Sequence record: MN655998.1
Length of the DNA stretch: 64,000 nucleotides
Direction: 5' to 3' (one strand)
Source of the DNA: Escherichia phage E26
Position 1 is the stretch's first letter. Each line of letters begins with the position of its first letter. The position numbers were made by a program, and so were the translations under genes. A model generated the notes under the pieces. The model worked only from the letters and a program-made list of their open reading frames with translations, did no database searches and had not been told where the DNA came from. This document shows, piece by piece, positions 59,897 through 64,000 of the stretch.

Positions 59897-61385
59897 CGAA
59901 TACCTCTTTTACTGTATTTGCAGTGGTCTTGTCGTAGCGAATACGTTTGATGATTGGGAGAAATAAAGAGAACTCCGGTTCATCTTCTTTACGTGATTTG
60001 CTGCGGATATACCCGTTGCATGTCATCTCAATGACTTTTCCAATCAGGTTATGACGATCAGCCCATAACATTTCTCGGTCGAGTTCATTTCTACGATCGA
60101 ACGGAATTACACGTTCAATACCATCATCACCTTTTTCGGTTGTAGTGTCGGTTAATCCAGATCCGGTGTTAGTCATCATTCGTCCGCACGCACTACGGAC
60201 AGTAAAACCGCCTACCTTATTGGGGTCTTTACTATGCGGATATACATCAACAATTTCCGCGTCGAAGTCAATCACTTCTTTAAATTTAACCTGATCTTTA
60301 CTACGGCGATCTTCAAATACACCATGTAAATTTTTAAGGATAATACCTTCTAAGCCCATGTTTACATAGCGATGATATACTTCGCGAGCTTCGTCTATAT
60401 TGTTAACTACAGTGTTTTCGATTATCTGAACACGAGGATCGTTAAGTTCTTCAACAATCTGTTTTAGTTCTTCGAATCGATCTTTATATTGCTTCGTTGC
60501 TTTCTCGTTTCCGTAATACACATCACGGTCGATAACATCCCAGACAGTGTAAACAATACATTGGGCTTCTTCTTTTGGAATAGTTCCTTTCAGTGATTTG
60601 TTGAGGATACCATTTCCGGTCTGACGATCTGCAACAACGGATTCTTTTACTGCTTCCGCTACTGGAGTTAATGGCATTTCCTCTTCTTCAAATATCCATG
60701 ACAGAGTACCATCATAAACGCTCTCAACGAAGTTCTGCGCTGGTGTTTGTGAAAGGGTAGGCATATATACCAATTCGCCATCTAGAACAATTCCACGGCC
60801 TCGTAGACGCTCTAAAACCGCAAACAAATCATCAAGCCCTTGATAGGTATTACCTGAGCGGGTATAGATTGCTAATGTTTCCCCGTCAATATCAGCCATA
60901 CCACGAGCGCCATCGCTTTTAAGTTGTGCATACGCCGGATATTTGATATTGGCAATAGTCTTATCAGAACATGACGATGCAAGGTGGCACGGTTGCTGAG
61001 GAATCAGTTTCTTCCATACCTTGTTTGCAGTGGTAGCGGAACAGCCGCATTCCAGATCACGATTCAGGACCATCATCGCAACTTTAGCATCATCCTCTGA
61101 CAAGCAAGTCAGAGTATCGGTAACTAGCTGTAATGCTGCATTACCAGTTACTTGACGCGTGGCAAGTTTATTTTTAAAGACCTGTAATGCACCGGATAAA
61201 GACAATACAGACGAATAGCGAGATGGTTTATCGTATTTCTTTACGCCAAACGTAACCTGTTTGCAATATGCCAGATAAAAGCATTCTTTCAGCGTTTCAT
61301 TGCTCGCGGATTCTTTCAGGATCTTTTCTTTCAGCGATGTTTTGTCGGTTGCTGCAAGCTGATTAATGATATTAAGAATTGACAT
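59889..61385 (-). CDS. 30: ATP-dependent DNA ligase gp30
   Basis: 498 aa from ATG (MSIL); adenylation motif KSDG (AYAQLKSDGARG); EGIILKN, FLPI..R..DK; ORF-track start at 61391 is GTG. Confidence 0.95.
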   Translation of the reverse strand: MSILNIINQLAATDKTSLKEKILKESASNETLKECFYLAYCKQVTFGVKKYDKPSRYSSVLSLSGALQVFKNKLATRQVTGNAALQLVTDTLTCLSEDDAKVAMMVLNRDLECGCSATTANKVWKKLIPQQPCHLASSCSDKTIANIKYPAYAQLKSDGARGMADIDGETLAIYTRSGNTYQGLDDLFAVLERLRGRGIVLDGELVYMPTLSQTPAQNFVESVYDGTLSWIFEEEEMPLTPVAEAVKESVVADRQTGNGILNKSLKGTIPKEEAQCIVYTVWDVIDRDVYYGNEKATKQYKDRFEELKQIVEELNDPRVQIIENTVVNNIDEAREVYHRYVNMGLEGIILKNLHGVFEDRRSKDQVKFKEVIDFDAEIVDVYPHSKDPNKVGGFTVRSACGRMMTNTGSGLTDTTTEKGDDGIERVIPFDRRNELDREMLWADRHNLIGKVIEMTCNGYIRSKSRKEDEPEFSLFLPIIKRIRYDKTTANTVKEVFDV

Positions 61386-61851
61386 TTTCACCTCGTTTTG
61401 TTAAACGTTCACGAATATCATTGAGGATACTACAAAATTCCGATTCAGTCAATATAGTCTTTAACGGATCAGTTCCACCTATACTATGACGTAATTTCTT
61501 ATTTCCGGTCGAGAGTAATGCTTTACAAAATTCTGGGTTATTCCGTGCCATCGTAACAAATGCCAGATGTACCAGTCTGTAATAATGCTCACTCATTCGA
61601 TGAATCGGGCGACCCTGAAAATATAACATGTGATTCTCAATCTTTTCAGTTCTTCCGGTTCTTTTTGCTTTGCCACCATGCATCAAAAAGATTTCTCTTT
61701 GTCTCTGAGGGTTCTTAAATCTTAGCCCCTGTAAAAATCCTTCTGTGCTGTTAATATCGCAACCAAATAGACGGAATGGTCTTTTATTGAAATTACTCAA
61801 TTCACCAGATGGATAAGGTCCACCCGCATAGATATCAATTTCAGAAGTCAT
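61372..61851 (-). CDS. NADAR (YbiA-like, DUF1768) domain protein
   Basis: 159 aa; GELSNF...STEGFLQGLRF and HSIGGTD..L.....ILNDIRERL fit the YbiA/NADAR pattern. Confidence 0.5.
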   Translation of the reverse strand: MTSEIDIYAGGPYPSGELSNFNKRPFRLFGCDINSTEGFLQGLRFKNPQRQREIFLMHGGKAKRTGRTEKIENHMLYFQGRPIHRMSEHYYRLVHLAFVTMARNNPEFCKALLSTGNKKLRHSIGGTDPLKTILTESEFCSILNDIRERLTKRGENVNS

Positions 61852-62005
61852 TGAAACTAATCTCGCTAATCAGAGAGAACGGATCATAATCGTCATGAGG
61901 AATATCGACAGTAATCGAATGAGGATTTACCCATACACCAAACTGGTCTTCTTCGGTGAATACTTCGGTATGGATTTCGTGGATGTTTACATTCATAGTT
62001 TTCAT
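61843..62005 (-). CDS. hypothetical small protein (about 53 aa)
   Basis: AAGGA RBS and ATG; stop overlaps the NADAR start; below ORF-track cutoff. Confidence 0.3.
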
Positions 62006-62057
62006 AATAAAATTCCTTAATAATCAATAACTTACAAAATCATATAGCCAAAATATA

Positions 62058-62076
62058 GGCGGGATTATTTCCCGCC
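62058..62076 (-). terminator. stem-loop after gene 31
   Basis: minus strand GGCGGGA-AATAA-TCCCGCC then U-rich tract. Confidence 0.45.
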
Positions 62077-62087
62077 GTTTAAAATCA

Positions 62088-62411
62088 TTAACCGTAAACT
62101 ACCACAATATTCTGTTTGTGCGTTACAGTCCATTTCAGGTCGATCTCTTCTTCCTTCTTAACGCCGTTAATAACGTCTGGATGAGGAACTTTATTAAGTT
62201 TCCCATGAGGAAGCAATACAGTCTTGCCCAGCAATTCTTTATCAACGTTATCACCGATATCAATAATCTTACCGACTAAAGGAATCTCTCCCATAGTTCG
62301 TTTTTGCTCGATGATAATACCAAAATCGCTCTTTACTTCGGTCCCTGCGCTTTCCGCTTTAGCTTCAATGATCACATAGTCACCAAGTGCTTTAGGAGTT
62401 TTAACGGTCAT
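62088..62411 (-). CDS. 31: co-chaperonin gp31 (GroES-like)
   Basis: 107 aa; GroES-like size; VPHP motif as T4 gp31; position between ligase and cd. Confidence 0.8.
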   Translation of the reverse strand: MTVKTPKALGDYVIIEAKAESAGTEVKSDFGIIIEQKRTMGEIPLVGKIIDIGDNVDKELLGKTVLLPHGKLNKVPHPDVINGVKKEEEIDLKWTVTHKQNIVVVYG

Positions 62412-62447
62412 AATTTTCTTACCTCTTCAATTCATCTCAATAGTAAA

Positions 62448-63065
62448 TTATTTATATTTCGCGACCTTTGGATTTCTCCGCAGACCGGAATGTATTTGCG
62501 CTATACAACAATAAGAAACATTAAACATATCAGCTATAATTTGCTTCTTAACTTTTCCTTTAAGCCGCATTATTTCTTCGACTTGCGCATTTGTCAGTTT
62601 TGCCCGTGAGTGGTTTTCACCGACATTGTTATTGAGTCCAGTTCTAAATGAATGTCTCATATTTTCTAGTAAGGTTACTATTTCTAGATTCCACACATAA
62701 TTGCAGGTTTTTACACCATTGATGTGATTAACCTCAAGTCCGGTAACGTCTCCTAGAAATGCATTTGCTACAAGTCGATGTATCTTTTCGGCTTTAACTG
62801 AGATTTTACCATTGTCTTTTTGTTTTGACAATGTTGAATAATAATATCCATATCGGTCTAAAATTGGTTTTATTATTTTACCAGCACGTTTTTGTTTTAC
62901 GAGCTTAATATTACCGGGAGAAACTTCTCTATAAAATTCGATACTTCGGTCAATAGATCTCAATCTACCATAATTAGAGATTTCATACCACGGATAACCT
63001 ACAGCTTGTCTCCATTCTTCCGGCGCTGGTAATACGATATTATCATCTTTTGTTTCCATTGTCAA
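62448..63065 (-). CDS. HNH homing endonuclease (NUMOD4 + HNH type)
   Basis: 205 aa; WYEISNYGRLRS (NUMOD4-like) and VNHINGVKTCNYVWNLE (HNH) motifs. Confidence 0.75.
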   Translation of the reverse strand: MTMETKDDNIVLPAPEEWRQAVGYPWYEISNYGRLRSIDRSIEFYREVSPGNIKLVKQKRAGKIIKPILDRYGYYYSTLSKQKDNGKISVKAEKIHRLVANAFLGDVTGLEVNHINGVKTCNYVWNLEIVTLLENMRHSFRTGLNNNVGENHSRAKLTNAQVEEIMRLKGKVKKQIIADMFNVSYCCIAQIHSGLRRNPKVAKYK

Positions 63066-63388
63066 CTGCCACCGTAAATTTCGACGATCTGCGCTGGAGT
63101 CAGCCCGTCTACATTAATCAGACTATCAAGCCCAAAACTACGGAAACCTTCAACTGCAATTTCATATACTGGCAAAGATGTTTCTGAGTCTTTACGCGGT
63201 TTTTCAACATTCGGAACTAACCACTTTTCGTATGTTTCGAAAGGCATCAGTGCCGGATCTCGCGTGGCGATCATCTCACGGACAGTACCATCTTTCTTAG
63301 TAAACTGCAAAGAGTGAGTACCGACCGAAAACATTTTCTTTAGTGCTTCACGAAGTGCGATATTATCAACTTGTTCAGTCATTATCAA
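63062..63388 (-). CDS. hypothetical protein (T4 31.1/31.2 position)
   Basis: 108-aa ORF coupled to both neighbours. Confidence 0.5.
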   Translation of the reverse strand: MIMTEQVDNIALREALKKMFSVGTHSLQFTKKDGTVREMIATRDPALMPFETYEKWLVPNVEKPRKDSETSLPVYEIAVEGFRSFGLDSLINVDGLTPAQIVEIYGGS

Positions 63389-63881
63389 TACCCTTCAAAT
63401 CAGTCAATAATGCTTTTGGAATACGCGTGATCGTAATATCTGCATTATTCAGAATATCAGCCCAATCACGCCCACCATTTCGATCATATGTGTCGCAATA
63501 GTATAGATGTTTAATTCCACTGTTTGCAATTGCTTTAGCGCAATCTGGACACGGTGAAGCAGTACACCACATACTAGCGCCTTCAATCGATACACCGCTA
63601 CGGGCAGCAAACAAAATAGCATTTAATTCAGCGTGGATCTCGTTTTTCTGTGACCATGCACTATGCTCTGGTCGTTTTTCTGGGATCATTTTGCCGTCAT
63701 CATCCAGCCAACCGTTTTTATGTGCATGACAGCTACAATTTACTTGCCCTGCTGGAGTTCCGTTAAATCCAGTAGAAATGATTCGCCCGTCTTTTTCGAT
63801 CAGTGCGCCTACCTTCCACGAAACACATTTAGAGTTCTTTGCGATCAGATAGGCGATCTGCATGTAAGTTTGTGACAACAT
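63375..63881 (-). CDS. cd: dCMP deaminase
   Basis: 168 aa; zinc-binding HAELNAI ... PCPDC signature; N-terminus as T4 Cd. Confidence 0.92.
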   Translation of the reverse strand: MLSQTYMQIAYLIAKNSKCVSWKVGALIEKDGRIISTGFNGTPAGQVNCSCHAHKNGWLDDDGKMIPEKRPEHSAWSQKNEIHAELNAILFAARSGVSIEGASMWCTASPCPDCAKAIANSGIKHLYYCDTYDRNGGRDWADILNNADITITRIPKALLTDLKGIDND

Positions 63882-64000
63882 AATATAATCCTCACATATT
63901 AATTAACCGTATACGCGAAAGTATTCTACTGACCCGTCGCTATACTGTTTTACATTGAATGTATTCACACCATGATTATTTCTCATGATGACATATACAC

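Overview
This window reads as a T4-like (T-even type) myovirus genome segment. Calls rest on protein motifs, lengths and T4 gene order read directly from the translations; no database search was run. Layout: (1) 1-33.9 kb, a + strand late structural block: gp53, gp5 (hub/lysozyme), PAAR tip, gp6-gp12, fibritin, neck gp13-15, terminase gp16/17, sheath gp18, tube gp19, portal gp20, prohead core, protease, scaffold, major capsid gp23, vertex gp24, each operon preceded by a TATAAATA late-promoter box. (2) 33.9-41.9 kb, mostly - strand: hoc, inh, uvsY, gp25, gp26, with uvsW on +. (3) 41.9-48.0 kb, + strand baseplate hub genes 51, 27, 28, 29, 48, 54. (4) 48.1-63.9 kb, - strand: lipoprotein, two ADP-ribosyltransferases (Alt plus a short paralog), an 8-kb hyperplastic early region, DNA ligase, a NADAR-like gene, gp31 and dCMP deaminase. 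The hyperplastic region carries 11 copies of a ~65-bp promoter/stem-loop/leader cassette, three small paralog families, and an operon with a C5-methyltransferase-like protein, a Zn-ribbon protein and a DUF262-like protein. Accessory insertions in the structural block: an early-promoter N6-adenine methyltransferase cassette between genes 8 and 9, and a GIY-YIG homing endonuclease between genes 13 and 14; an HNH homing endonuclease sits between gp31 and cd. No rRNA, tRNA or CRISPR array was recognised. The ORF track uses GTG/TTG starts in places, so several starts were moved to the first ATG with a Shine-Dalgarno. Coordinates of short motifs were counted by hand and may be off by 1-2 nt.
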